Shown: positions 25,121-37,909, numbered from the stretch's first letter. The stretch is DNA of 64,000 bases from Leucoraja ocellata (GCA_036785375.1 JAWMAR010000131.1:310001-374000); one strand, 5' to 3'. Program-made: numbers and translations. Notes: generated by a model not told the origin, from the letters alone.

Positions 25121-25424
25121 TAATATATATTTCTACATATATATCTTGATAAAGTATGTAAGAGATTGTTAGTAAATTTTGAAACTCATGGGATTGATGG
25201 CAAAGTATTGACCTAGCTAGTAAATTGGCTGAGTGATATGAGACGAAATGGGAATAATGAACAGAATTCATGCGAGTCCTCGCTTCCTCTGAGGCGCTAT
25301 GGATTCACGATACAAGTCGTGTAGAAGTGAGCTGTGTAAACAGGTTTGCTGACACTAAAAGCAGGCAGCTACATATGCAATGTAGATTACATTAAATTAC
25401 ACAGAGATAATAGAGCAGAATAAG

Positions 25425-25745
25425 GTCCTAAGGAATAGTAGAATTAGGCCATTCGGCCCATTAAATTTCTCTATCATTCAAAGATGTCTGATCTATCTCT
25501 CCCTTCTAACTCCATTCTCCTGCCATCTCCCATAACCTCTGGCACCTGACTAATCAAGAATCTATCTATCTCTGCCTTAAAAATATCAACTGACTTGGCC
25601 TCTACAGCCCACTATGGCAAAGAATTCCACAGATTCACCACCCTCTGATGAAATAAATTTCTCCTCATCTCCTTCCTAAAAGAATGACCTTTAAATCTGA
25701 TGCTATGACCTCTAGTTCTAGACTTTCCAGCTAATGGAAACATTG
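25425..25745 (-). mobile_element. CR1 (HER1-like) 3' end
   Basis: agaattaggccattcggccca...gaattccacagattcaccaccctctga is antisense to the copy at 32570-32970. Confidence 0.85.
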
Positions 25746-26532
25746 CACCTCCCTCCCAATCTAAAATCACTGTCCGTGGCCCCTCCAACTTCTTGCTTGA
25801 CTAGTCCTAAGATGGAGGGAGGTCTGCCGTATGCTGGAGTTCAATAACATGGCCTGAGTGGAAGCAGGATCTACAATAGTCTAATGAGGAAATCCTGCCC
25901 CTAAACCTCCTCTTTACTTTTTGACAGCAAGCAAAGCTTTAAACAATTTTAATGTTCAGAGCTATTAAAATTGGAGTGAATCATTTAAAGGAAATTAAAA
26001 ATCACCTTTTTTACAAAAACCCCACATCTGGATTAGCACAAACAGTTCTGAACATCTCATCGTGAAAAGGACACAATGGTTGAGGAGAAAGTGCTGTATA
26101 GGTTTACCACTATCATAGCTGAAGTAGATTAACATGGGAGACTGCAAAATTGAGATCGCATTGACTGGATTTTAGACGGTTAACTGTTATTTAGTTGGTT
26201 TTCATACTCTATTTGAACTGATTGACACATTCTGGCTCCAGTGGCCATGGTCTAAAATGAGCTAAGCCTCTCGAGAGTGATGTTAGGAAACGGCAACACA
26301 CAGAGAGGTTGGCAGAAATGTGAACTCTGTTCTGTGTACGAGAATTTAATCTCAGTCAGTTATTAATCTTAATACCTGAAATTGATAGAGTTTGCTCACA
26401 AAAGATATAAACCAATATTGGGAACATTGTGGCCATGTGGAGACAGGTAACACATCACCCATGACCCCACTGAGAGCGGAACAGCGAGAAGAAGTTCAAC
26501 ACTCATATCCTCATGTCTTTTGATCTTGCATG

Positions 26533-26763
26533 TGGGACGACAGATTGCGCAATGGGCTAAGTGTTCGGCTGGCGACCGGAAGGTAGCCGGTTCGAATCCC
26601 GCTTGGAGTGCATACTGTTGTTGTGTCCTTGGGGCAAGACACTTCACCCACCTTTGCCTGTGTGTGAATGTAATGTAATTATGTGTGTAATTATGTGAAG
26701 CACTTTGGGGTCAATGCAAGTTGACTAAAAATGTGCTATATAAATAAGATTATTATATTATTA
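26533..26763 (+). mobile_element. Young tRNA-derived CORE-type SINE with an L2-like tail and a 7-bp TSD
   Basis: A box ttgcgcaatgg, B box ggttcgaatcc, CORE-like gtgtccttggggcaagacacttcaccc, tail gtgaagcactttggg...gtgctatataaat plus tta repeats; ttgcatg at 26526-26532 and 26764-26770. Confidence 0.8.
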
Positions 26764-28171
26764 TTGCATGCCACAGATACTGACTTATTTCCAGTAAAGT
26801 GCACCAGGTAATCATGTCTGAAGTAAACCCAGTAATACAAGTGGTTCATCGGGATATCAGAATACAGAGAGCAAACACAATATTCACATGCATGGATCAG
26901 GTACTACATAATGGTTAAATTCATCGTTCCTGGACATCTCAGATGCCCAACATCCACCCTTACTACATTACTCCAATATCACCCCTGGCTACACTCAGCA
27001 GCATGATATAGTGGCATGAAATTTCCCAATTGGTTTGAAAGTGATCTCTGGAATGGGGGATACTAAAAAGATGAACGATCTTCCATCAAGATCACTATTA
27101 AAATGAGTGTAATGTTCAAATAATTTCTTTTCTGTCGCTGTTTGGCTTCCAACTGATTTCACAAATGCAGCGCTGAAGAGATATAATGGTGGTTCTTAGG
27201 TTAAACAAAACTCTGCATTTATGTTGGTTTTCGTTTCATTCTCAGCCAATTAATGCAGTATAATTAGAAACTGTTTTCTGTAATTTACAAAGTATGATGT
27301 AGCTCCTAAAATTACTCGTTTAAATTAAATTAATGTTCTCTGTGAAGTTTCTAAAAATATGTAACTTCAAACACAAGTTGCAAGGTGAGTGTAATTATCT
27401 GTGTGAACTTAATTTTCCAATTTGAGGGAAATGCTTTTGTCGATTTTTTTAAGAACCTGGCCCAACCTTCTTCAAATACAGAATGCCTCCCTGTGACCTC
27501 CAAGGTGCCTTCCAGGACATGTCTCGTTACAGATAAAGGTCCACGTGTGCCTGCTCAGCTTCAAGACAAGTATACTCCAATAATGCAGCTGGCACCAGCC
27601 TGATAGCATCTGTGTTGCCCTGCAATAGGCCTGGTAATACAGGTGCTCTGGAGAAATCTTGGCAATCTGTTTAGATTACCCCAACTTCAGTGTGTAGTCG
27701 GAGACTTCCTTCTTTTGGTATCAAATTCCGTGTGTTAGTTGCATTTACATAAAATATTTTTATTCTGAAGCAGGACTGTAAATGAATTATGCTTTTTCCT
27801 ATCGCCCATTATAATTACGATACGATACAATAGAACTTTATTCATCCCAGGAGGGAAATTGGTCCATTATGGTTCAATGGTCCATTACAAAGTTCAGGGT
27901 CTCCCATTTAGATAATCAGTGACAGGCCCATGAACAGCCTGAGAACATTTGGACAAGAATATGGTTCCCTCTCATTTTAACTGGTTAAACTATCAGTTAA
28001 AAAAGCAGGCAGAGGGCGGGCAAATTAATTTATTGCATGGTGGATATTGAAATCATAATATGTCCATTTATTTTAACTGTGAGTATATTTGTGAAGCTTG
28101 CAGAATTTTAGAACTGTGTGAGTTTTATAAAGGGTGTAGTTATTGTTTAATTAGATGGAACAAACATTCTG

Positions 28172-28310
28172 TCATAGTCATAGCGTGATACAGTGTGGAA
28201 ACAGGCCCTTCGACCTAACCAGCCCACACCGGCCAACATGTCCCGGCTACACTAGTCCCAAGTGCCCGCTTTTGCTCCATATCATATCCCTCCAAACCTG
28301 TTCTATCCAG
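28172..28310 (-). mobile_element. CR1 3' tail
   Basis: tcatagtcatagcgtgatacagtgtggaaacaggccctt...ctacactagtccca. Confidence 0.7.
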
Positions 28311-28374
28311 GATTTGTCGAGGAGTATTTCAGTGATTAAACTAATAACAAATCCTGGTTCTATTCTTGGATTTT

Positions 28375-28905
28375 CAACCTGAAATGTTACAATTTTCTCT
28401 TTCTGCACAGATGCTGCCTGACCAGCTGAGTTTTTCTAGCCTTTTCCATTTTTATTTCTGTTTGACAAACTAGTCCTCTTGTAACTATATAACTCTTTGC
28501 ACTCCCTTCTTCTCCCTTACACCTGCCCATTCTTCCACCTCCTTCCCCTGAGCCCCACCTGGACTCACACCAAATTCACCCCTCCTCCCCCCCCCCCCCC
28601 CCCCCTTCACCTACATTCTTTCCTCTAGCTTCACAATCCACAACTCTTCAATCCTTTTGTCTCACACCTTCTGTTTTTTTTGTCTCTGGCATTTGTACAA
28701 TTATCGGCTTATCAAAAAAACCTCACCTGTAACAACCTCAGGGTTTTATCCTTCCCCTCCTCTCTTCTAGCTTTGTTTCTCACTACCCCCCGACAATCAG
28801 GCTGTCATCTATCCATGTTCTCCAGAGATGCTGCCTGAACCGGTGTTACATCAGCATTTTGTGTCTTTTTATTTTGTAAGCCTGCATCTGCAGTTCCTTG
28901 TTTCC
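28375..28905 (+). mobile_element. Penelope-like 3' region fragments (an old arm plus a pyrimidine-rich 3' UTR and terminus)
   Basis: agatgctgcctgaccagctgag near 28410; C/T-rich tract; ctatccatgttctccagagatgctgcctga...gcatctgcagttccttgtttc. Confidence 0.65.
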
Positions 28906-29705
28906 ATTCTCTAATCCTCTCGCACACACAATTTCTGGTAATTTATCTGTGGAATGGCAAATGGTAAACTCATTCTTTGTGATTGTATTTGCATTTTCTT
29001 AAATTGTGGATCAAATATATAGGAGATGAGATCACGTTTACTAAAGCACACACACCAAAGCCTTGAAATTATACCATGAGAGAACAGATTCGGCTGATTA
29101 ACTCTTTCTCTGCAGTTTAACAAAGTCATTAATCTGCTTAAGGAAGAAAAAAAAAGAGTCAATAAATTCCTAGCACAGCAGAGAAAATTAAACTTACAGA
29201 AAATCTGCAAATCCTACAACTTAATTTAAAAACCATCACAAGATAACTTTGTAAAACTATTGTACAATGTTACAACAATAGGAATCGCGAGTGCACTTGT
29301 ATTTGAACAGTGGACTCGCTGTCAACGGAACTCTCAATCTCTACAATGAAGAATGATGATCTGCAGTGTCACAGAATACTTGCAAACCAATCTGTTAATC
29401 CCAGGGGTAACATCACAAAATCTAAGTACTTCTAACCTTGAGGAGACCCCTACCTCCAGCCCTTATGCACAGTTAAAATCTTTCCTGAAGTTCGAAGGAA
29501 TGCAATTTTGCCATGTAGCAGGAAATCAGAAAAGAGATGCAGAAACTAAATGGGAGCAAGGGGACCCTATTAAAGGGAAATGAAAGAATTGCATGGCTTG
29601 GAGCTTCAATTTGCTGACCTCTGCTGAAAATTTGTTTTTCATGTTTATACGATTGTGGAATGCTACAATACCTAACAAGACCGCTGACTTGTTATCTCGC
29701 TTAAG

Positions 29706-29797
29706 ATGGACTGGACACAAAATGCCGGAGTAACTCCAGGCAGCATTTCTGGAGACAAGGAATGGGTGATGTTTCGTGTCGAGACCCTTCTTCAGAT
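29706..29797 (-). mobile_element. Penelope-terminus single arm
   Basis: gacacaaaatgccggagtaactc...gtttcgtgtcgagacccttcttcaga. Confidence 0.8.
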
Positions 29798-30262
29798 TTT
29801 GCTTGTCTCTCTCGACATTCAGTTTGATCTGAGTCTCCTTCATTCTTTTTAATAATTTTATGCAGCGTTATAATTTTAATTTAAAGTATTTACAATAAAC
29901 AATGGTTTGACCAAAGCATTGCATATGCCACCCATTGAGAATTATAATTCCCCAGTCCACCCCTCAACTTTGTAATGATTATTACATTTATGTTCTCATG
30001 TTATGTTCTCATCAAACAGTGTACATGATGAAACCCTATCATAGTATGTCGATCTTTACTACTTTACCCTTTATCCTCCCCAGTTACAATTTTAAAAGCC
30101 CAGCCTCTTGCACCTCTGCACAACTAAAGCACTTTATTCTTGATTAGTTCCAATGGATTTACACTTTAATCTTTCCCTTGGTTTTATATTCGTCTCACAG
30201 TGCTTGAATCTCCTTTAATTCCTCTGACTTTGACCATCTTAGTCAAGCACAATCTGACAAAA

Positions 30263-30444
30263 TCAAATAGCTGCAGATGCTGAAAATCTGAAATTAAAAC
30301 AGAACACGGTGGGAACACCCTGCAGGTCAAGCAGCGTCTGTGGAAAGCGAAATAGGTCAAAACTATTTGCCAGAGTTCCTTGTTGACAAATGCTGCCTGA
30401 CCTGCTGAGTATTTCCAGCATTTTCTCTTTTTATTTACAATCTA
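30263..30444. mobile_element. Older-subfamily palindromic Penelope-terminus element with a 14-bp TSD
   Basis: ctgcagatgctgaaaatctgaaa...tgctgcctgacctgctgagtatttccagcatt; acaatctgacaaaa at 30249-30262 and 30445-30458. Confidence 0.75.
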
Positions 30445-30879
30445 ACAATCTGACAAAACCTTTGCTGGATGAATAAAGCAAACCTTTACTTACACATCAC
30501 AGAGCACAACTTATTCAGAAATTATATTTTAATGAGCAATCTACATACCTACATAGTGAACCAAAGGATAATTGAGCCAATTAAACCATTAATTAGTAGT
30601 GACTTTCTTTTGTCACAATTTTTAATTACCAAAAAATATATGATAAGATCACTGTTAACTTTTCATATCACAGTGTACAGCTGAAATACTTGTGAAGATA
30701 TCTATTATAAGATTAGTCTTGGGTTAGCATTGTTTAATCTATTTGAAGTGATATTGCGTACGTTAAGAACATGTGATAACAGGAGCTAGAGCAGTCCTCA
30801 CAAGCCTGTCTCACTATTCATTATGATCATAGCTGCTATACCCCAGGCCTGATCTCATCTATGCTAATTTCTCCTTGCT

Positions 30880-31615
30880 CACAATTTGGAGTTTTGTGAG
30901 CAATTTTTGGCACCATATCTGAGGAAGGATGTGCTGCCTTTGGCGAGGATCCAGAGGAGGGTTACAAGAATAGTCCCAGGAATGATTGGGTTAACCGATG
31001 ATGAACTTTGTCGGCACTGGATCTGTGCTTGCTGGAGTTTAGAAGAGTAGGGGATCCCCATTGAAACATACAGAATAGTGAAATGCATGGATAGAGTAGA
31101 AGTGTAGAGGATGTTTCCACTAGTCTAGGACTAAAGGTCATAGCCTCAGAATTAAAGGGCGTTTTTTTAGGAAGAAGATGAGGAGAAATTTCTTTAGCCA
31201 GAGGGTGGTGAATCTGTGGAATTCTTTGGATTTGCTATCCCTTCAGCCACTTTCTTTAAAATGCCTTGCTGAGATGCCTGCATAGAGTGGACATGGAGAG
31301 GAAGTTTCCACAAGTGGGAGAGTCTAGGATCAGAGGCCACAGACTCAGAATAAAAGGACGTACCTTAAGAAAGGAAATGAGAAGAAATTTCTTTAGTCAG
31401 AGGGTGGTGAATCTGTGGAATTCATTGCCACAGACAGATGTGGAGGTCAAATCAATGGATATTTTAAGTCAGAGATTGACAGATTCTGGATTAGTAAGGG
31501 TGTCAGGGATTATGGCAGGAGAAAGGGGTTGAGAGAGAAAGATAGATCAGCCTTGATTGAATGGCAGGTAGACTTGATGGACTGAATGACTCAATTCTGC
31601 TCCATGAACATGAAC
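30880..31615 (+). mobile_element. Two tandem CR1 (HER1-like) 3' fragments
   Basis: aaatttctttag.cagagggtggtgaatctgtggaatt occurs twice; ORF reads SRIRGHRLRIKGR..RKEMRRNFFSQRVVNLWNSLP. Confidence 0.88.
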
Positions 31616-31757
31616 ATGTGAGGTATTGGAACCTTGTGCCTGCCTCCCTTCACTCTTTTTAGTTTTTTTTCCCCAAAGTATTGTCCCCTGTAATAGGGAT
31701 TGTTTCAAGTTTTTCCCTCCCATTTGAAAATAGTCCTTCTTTTATCCTTGGGATGTA

Positions 31758-32117
31758 CAGGCACCTGGCGTTTTACATGGGGGTTACGGGCTTGAAAAGC
31801 AGCGCGTAAATCAAAAAGCGCTTAAATCAAATGTGCCAGGCACTGCTCGTGACTATGCTGCCAATTGAAATAATTGAGGGTAAATCACATCATACAACAT
31901 TGCAAAGTGCGCCCTCCCATCTGTACAATGTTTTCTTTCTCTTAAGCAAATCTGAACTTACAAGATAACTTTGAAAACTGATATGTAAGTTTGCTGGACA
32001 TAAATCTGAGCGCATTATTCCGAAAATAGCACATAAATTAAATTTTGATAGGAATGAGACAAGAGCATTATTCTAATAACACGTAAATCAAGGCCGCGTA
32101 AAACGCGAGGTGCCAGT
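31758..32117. mobile_element. Tc1/mariner (Tigger-like) MITE
   Basis: TA then caggcacctggcgttttac at the left; gtaaaacgcgaggtgccag at the right (imperfect ~19-bp TIR); subterminal cgtaaatcaa repeats. Confidence 0.7.
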
Positions 32118-32569
32118 GGGCAGTATCGTCCATGGGGAAGATGATGCAAAGTATTAATTATTTATATTTCCTGTTATTAAAATGCCAGGCTTACGAAGTG
32201 CAAGTCCACACACCTATTTTGCCTATCCTTTATATATCCATAGAAGTTCTTATTTATTTTTGTAATCATTCGCCAATTTACTCTCTTAATCATTTTTCTC
32301 CCTCCCAAGTATTTTTTTATCTTCCATTCTGGGTCCTGAAAAAATCCTGTTCTGGTCTAGCACCAGCTTTAATGGACCAATTATATTAACCACCAATGTT
32401 TCATCTTTCCAAGCAAATCTCTCACTCAGATTTGGTTGATTTTCTGCTGAGTGCATATCTGCCATTACTCATCTACTGAACACTCTTTTTAAGCCTATTT
32501 TCTCAGTTCACTTTGTCCAACCTATACTTCATAATCATGTCATTGCCCTTACTAGATGGCATTTGAGCA

Positions 32570-32970
32570 TTTGACGGCATTGGGCCTGTACTCGCTGGAG
32601 TTTAGAAGAATGAGGGGGGGGACCTCATTGAAACATACCCAATAGTTAAAGGCTTGTGGATGTGGAGAGGATGTTTCCACTAGCTGGAGAGTCTAGGACT
32701 AGCGGTCATAGCCTCAGAATTAAAGGACGTTCCTATAGGAAGGAGATGAGGAGGAATTTCTTTAGTCAGAGGGTGGTGAATCTGTGGAATTCATTGCCAT
32801 TGAAGGTTGTGGAGGCCAAGTCAATGGATATTTTTAATAGATAGATTCTACAGATGTCAGGGGTTATTGGGAGAAGGCAGGGGAATGGGGTTAGGAGGGA
32901 GAGATAGATCAGCCATGATTGAATGGCGGCGTAGACTTGATGGGCCGAATGGCCTAATTCTGCTCCTATT
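32570..32970 (+). mobile_element. CR1 (HER1-like) 3' end
   Basis: ORF DVERMFPLAGESRTSGHSLRIKGRSYRKEMRRNFFSQRVVNLWNSLP, then a gggccgaatggcctaattctgctcct tail. Confidence 0.9.
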
Positions 32971-33934
32971 AATGATTACTTTATTTAAATTGAGAGCACT
33001 GGTTATGGACCTGAGGTGTTTACCCTCAAACTCCATTCGGTATTCTTCCATGCTGTGGTAGAGTTAAAGTTGATTAATCCCAACTAATTGTGAATTAAGA
33101 CATAACAAAAAGAAAAGTAAATGTCTTAAATTCTGCTTAACTATGTTGACGCTATCCTTTCCCATTAAAATGTGTTAGTTTGTTTTAGGCAAGTCCAAAG
33201 AGAGAATAGTCCAGAAATGATTCACCTTGCATTATTGTGCGTTTTGTGGTGAGTTATCTCCCAAAGTGGGTTCAGCTAACAATTGTCTGCGAGCTATTGT
33301 TCCTACTTTCTACTTTGATCTTTGTCACTGGTCCAAAGACTTGATTTATAATAACTATCAATCTTTCAGAGTCATTCATCAAGGTCCTGTTTCAATTCAG
33401 TAGCTCTTTGTTTTGTATTACACAGAAAAGCTGTCATTCATTACATGCAAATGATGTTTGGCCATTTTGCTTCTTTTCAGCAAAGCACAACTGCAAAAGG
33501 TTAGCTTTAAGCTGGAAAGATTGTTTGCCACAGTAAATACAAATCTTTTTTTATACCTATCATCATCTTGATCAGAGCAACCAAAACAAATAATCTCGTG
33601 TACACTTGATCCTGAGAATTGGCCTGTGCAGAATAACAGCATTCTCCATTGTTGCCCCTTCTCGTCTTTAAAAAATATAATGCAGTCTCATTAGCACTGA
33701 AATCTGACGGTGCAAAACCGGAAAAGCTGGCATAATGCAAGTGAAGATTTGTATCAGAAATGTTGCTGAGCAATTTTGCACTTTGGAGAATTAACACCAG
33801 TTTATAATAGTGAATGACACTTTTGATAAAGGATTTTGTCACATTGGCCACTGTTCTTCTAGTTCTATCACATCCAAATGACATCAGCAATATTGTAACA
33901 CCAGAATTTGTCTCAAGCAAGATTTCCAACTACC

Positions 33935-34737
33935 CCGCGATGGTTTTCTCGCACATGATGTGCGGGATTGTGGATTAAAGGGTCGCTGTAAAATTGACCC
34001 TAATGTACAGGGAGTGGATGATGAATTGGAATGACATGGAGCTAATGTGGATGGGTGATCAATGGTCGACATGGATAGTGTTGCCAACTGTCCCGTATTA
34101 GCCTGGATATCTCAAATATTAGGCTAAATTGGTTTGTCCCATGCGGGACCACCGTTGTCCCATATTTGACTGCTACTTCTCGGGTCGAGAAGACTGTCGG
34201 GTCGGAGTGCAGCGTCTGGCCCCACCTCACCCGTCCCGACACAGTGCAGCCCATGGAGTGCAGCAGCAGCACCTTGCCCATGGTCCCGTCGATCGGCAGC
34301 CCGGCCAGCTGCCCGACCTTCGCACCTTCGCTTACCGCCTACCGCCGACACCACCCCCATGGCCAATCATCGGTTCATGAGTTGGATGGGTTGCAGGACT
34401 TTGCGTGCAGCAGAACACAAAGCCCAGCCGGTGGGCCAGTTGAGGAGCTTTGGCCCGGGCGCTGGACTTTGCGGGCGACGTTGCATACCCCCGGCGTCCA
34501 GGCAAAAACTCTTCAGCTGGCCCGCCGACTGGGCTCTGTGTGCAGTCCAGCACCCGGGTCAACTCATCATTCACCCAACCACGGCCGAGTCGGTCAACAA
34601 AATGCCATCGGGAATTTGTCCCTTACTTTGACCTTTTGTCCCTTATTTGGGAGTGAGAAAGTTAGCAACCCTAGGCGTTGACTTCGTGGGCGGAAGGGCA
34701 AGTATCCATGCTGCATCTCTAAACTGAAACTAAACTA
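33935..34737 (+). mobile_element. HE1-like SINE 3' half, split by a hAT element
   Basis: gtaaaattgaccct...gatcaatggtcgacatgga [insert] ggcgttgacttcgtgggcggaaggg...tctctaaactgaaactaaac. Confidence 0.75.
34076..34673. mobile_element. Non-autonomous hAT-type DNA transposon, GC-rich
   Basis: TIRs tagtgttgccaact and agttagcaacccta; degenerate 8-bp TSD gacatgga/ggcgttga; subterminal tgtccc repeats. Confidence 0.75.
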
Positions 34738-35399
34738 TAGAGCTCAAAGGAGGTCCTGCTTGCAAGTTGGTAAGGAACTTGAAGTCCATGTCAATGAATT
34801 CACATAGGTCAATCTCCCTTTAAATGAGGACATCTTCATCTCTGTACTGCAGGCTTGTTTTGGTGTCAGCTGTCTGCATTGTTTGGTGTGTAATGGAATA
34901 CGAGATGTGTTGTCTGAGAAGCAGGTCCAAACTGTACTGGTTCACCTATTCTGATAGTTACATGGTCTCTTCTTGAATCAGAGATGCCAAAGTTAGACCT
35001 CCTTTGTATGTAGAAACTTAACAATCATCTGCATTGGGTGTACAGGACATAAGGAGATAAACTTTTGAGTTAGGTTTATACAAAACAATTCCATGCATAA
35101 AACAGTCCATAAGGAAGGGAGCTAAATAAATGTCCACAATATTTCACTATTGTTGAATTTACAAAACTGAGATCCTGGCATTACTTGGGTCATAAATAAA
35201 TTAAAAAACTGTAAATGCAGGAAACACTGAGTAGGTCAGCCTCCATCTCAGTGGAGAGAGAAACTATTTATATTTGGTGACTTTTCAACAAACTGAAAAG
35301 TTGTTTTTCCTCTCAGAGATGGATCCCACATGATCTTAGCTTTATTAAAATAATGTTCACTTTCAGATGAGTGGATTTTATGAATTTTTTGGTACTTTA

Positions 35400-35530
35400 A
35401 ATGATAGGTCTATAAAGGGCAAAATATACTGTTCCGTCGCAGGGTAATGGGATCAGTGAAGATGGGCAAGAGGTTTGGCATTGACGTGGTGGGCTAAAGG
35501 GCCTGTTTCTGTGTTGTATGACTCTCTGAT
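35400..35530 (+). mobile_element. CR1/SINE shared 3' tail
   Basis: gtggtgggctaaagggcctgtttctgtgttgtatgactct. Confidence 0.6.
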
Positions 35531-36004
35531 TCTTAAAGAATGAATGGGAATCCCAGAGTGACAGCTTCAGCAAAAACAATTGTTTTCACTGTTCAGAACT
35601 TGCCTGGCTGCTTCCCACCGTGAACATAACTATCCTCAGTTATATTCCCATAGGTGTATTGCTATCTCATTGATGTCAAAGTGGAAACTATGGGAAGAGT
35701 TGATGGTACATTTTGTACATTGAAGAGGACAGGTCACAGTCTGTGAACTAAACCATTGTAAAGATGTAATTAATTTTAAAGTCAATACAGTGTTTTGGCT
35801 ATACAGTCACAGGCTGTAAATGAAGGTGCTGTACGGCATGTTTCATTTCTAAATGGACTGGGGAAATTATATTAGTTTGGTAACATTTTTCTTGTATATT
35901 GTTTGAAGGCAAAAGTTATGAATTTCCACAGAAAAGAGGAAAATATCATCTAAAGAGCAGTTCATTTTTAAAGCATCTTAGCCCTTTATTTAAATGTTAT
36001 AAAC

Positions 36005-36281
36005 TACAGTGGCATAACTTGTAGAGCTGCTGCCTCATGGTGCCAGAGATATGGGTTTGATGCTGACCTCAGGTGCAGTCAGTGTGGAGTTTGCACGATC
36101 TCCCTACGACTGCATGGGTTTCCTCTAGGTGCTCCGGTTTCATCCCACATTCCAAAGGTTTGTAGGTTAATTGGCCTCTGTTAAAAACAATAAAAGATTC
36201 CCTTAGAGTGGAGGGAGCGGATGCAAAAGTGGAATCTCTAGTGTGCACGGGTAATTGATGGTCGGTATGGACTAAACTAAA
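36005..36281 (+). mobile_element. HE1-like V-SINE
   Basis: gtagagctgctgcctca head, gtgtggagtttgcacg...ggtgctccggtttc V-domain, actaaactaaac tail. Confidence 0.85.
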
Positions 36282-37639
36282 CATTTTGAAATGTAAACAC
36301 TGCTGCGTTTTAGACAAAATATGGGCGACAAATGTGTACACATTATTTCGATAATTGTATGTATGGTCAGTTCCACATTGTTGTGCATTTAGATAAGAAA
36401 CAGTGTCCAGGGCATAGTCAGAACTTGCTACAAGAAGAGAGCGAGCAAGCAGGACATTTCATGCCAATTTCAACAATGAGCGTTCTCTTAATATTGGAGA
36501 ATGCTAATTCATGCATGTGAAGCGATTATTTTCTAAGATAAGACCCCGGTAAATTGATGCTTGCCATTGATGTTGAACTTTTTGTTGTTTCTTGATCCAT
36601 TTTTGTTAATACATTTCAGTTTATTTCCAAAAATGTATGCGCCTTTCAGGTGATTTTTCTATAATTTCAAGATTGAATATAGTCGTGCTTGAACGGCATT
36701 GCTATTTGTTTTAATTCATCCCGAGAACCATATCCTCCACCTGTGTGCATACTTCCGCTTTTGTTCAACGGTATCTTTCCAGTTTCTCCATTGGGTTGGC
36801 TAATTTTGTTCTGGTTTGGTGCATGTTTCTGGTACTTGTGCAATCATGGGGAACTAGATTGAGAATGCCTCACCTCAATTTACATATTCTTGGATATGAT
36901 GAAGAGAGGAGTTTTTCATTGTACCAGACCGATTGCATTCCAGTATACTGGACTGCCTTCAAATCCAAGTCCTAAATGATGGTGTTGAAAAACCATTGTA
37001 CTGTCTAAATTGAAGGGATGTTTTAAAAGTGGCAGCAGTTGGGAATTGGACACATTTCACTGATGAGGCTCGAAGGAAAGTGTCTGCGAGGCACTATTGC
37101 AACACTTCCAAGACTGTACTTTCCAGTGGGGGCTATTTTTCCCCCACTTCAAACTAATTCCATGCAGCTGCATTATATTACTCAAGAACCAATGGAAAGA
37201 TATGGTGGGACAAGTTTCAAATTATAAAGACTGACCCTAGTCAGAATGTGCACAAAATAACTATGTGGGGAATCAATAACAGCTATTGAGTGTTCTAGTC
37301 CAGAAATCGTACGCCTGACATTAACAAATCACATCTGCTCAGTGAAATATTGTCAGCCAGTGTTTTAGAGTGAAGCCACTAAAACCAATTATTTTGTTAA
37401 GTAAATTTAATGGAATAATCATTTGGTTCCTCTTTTTTTTCATCCTTAATGTACTAATTATTTCATAATAAAGCTCAAAAATCCTCTTGTAACTGAACCT
37501 CAAAGTATACCTATCTATCCACTGTGTTTAGGAGTTGCATTCTATGCCATGACCTCATGCTTTTGGGTCATTGCCCCATATATTTGCAAGGCCCATGGTA
37601 CTAAATCAGCAAGGGTGCAAGGAAGAGTGAAGTAAAGAT

Positions 37640-37813
37640 GTGTAGGAAGGAAATGCAGATACTGGTTTACACTAAAGAGAGACACAAAAACCAATTAACA
37701 CGGCGGGTCAGGCAGTATCTCTGGAGAAAACAAATAAGTGGCGTCACCTATTCCTTTTCTCCAGAGATGCTGCCTGACCCGCTGAGTTACTCCAGCATTT
37801 TGTGTCCATCTTC
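37640..37813. mobile_element. Palindromic Penelope-terminus element with an imperfect ~13-bp TSD
   Basis: gcgggtcaggcagtatctctggagaaaa is inverted relative to ttttctccagagatgctgcctgacccgc; flanks agtgaagtaaagat and agtgaagttagat. Confidence 0.8.
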
Positions 37814-37909
37814 AGTGAAGTTAGATAATGGGTGCATAAGATGTTGAGGTGGTTAGCCTCATGGGCAGACTGAATATCAGTGGGAAAGTTTCTGCAGAGA
37901 TCTGGCACG

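Noticed and set aside
26533-26610. tRNA gene
   Set aside because: A and B boxes are present but there is no complete cloverleaf or oligo-T terminator; it continues into a SINE body with a TSD.
34042-34681. Cluster of overlapping ORFs up to 171 aa as a gene
   Set aside because: They arise from GC-rich, stop-poor palindromic transposon sequence and show no protein motif.
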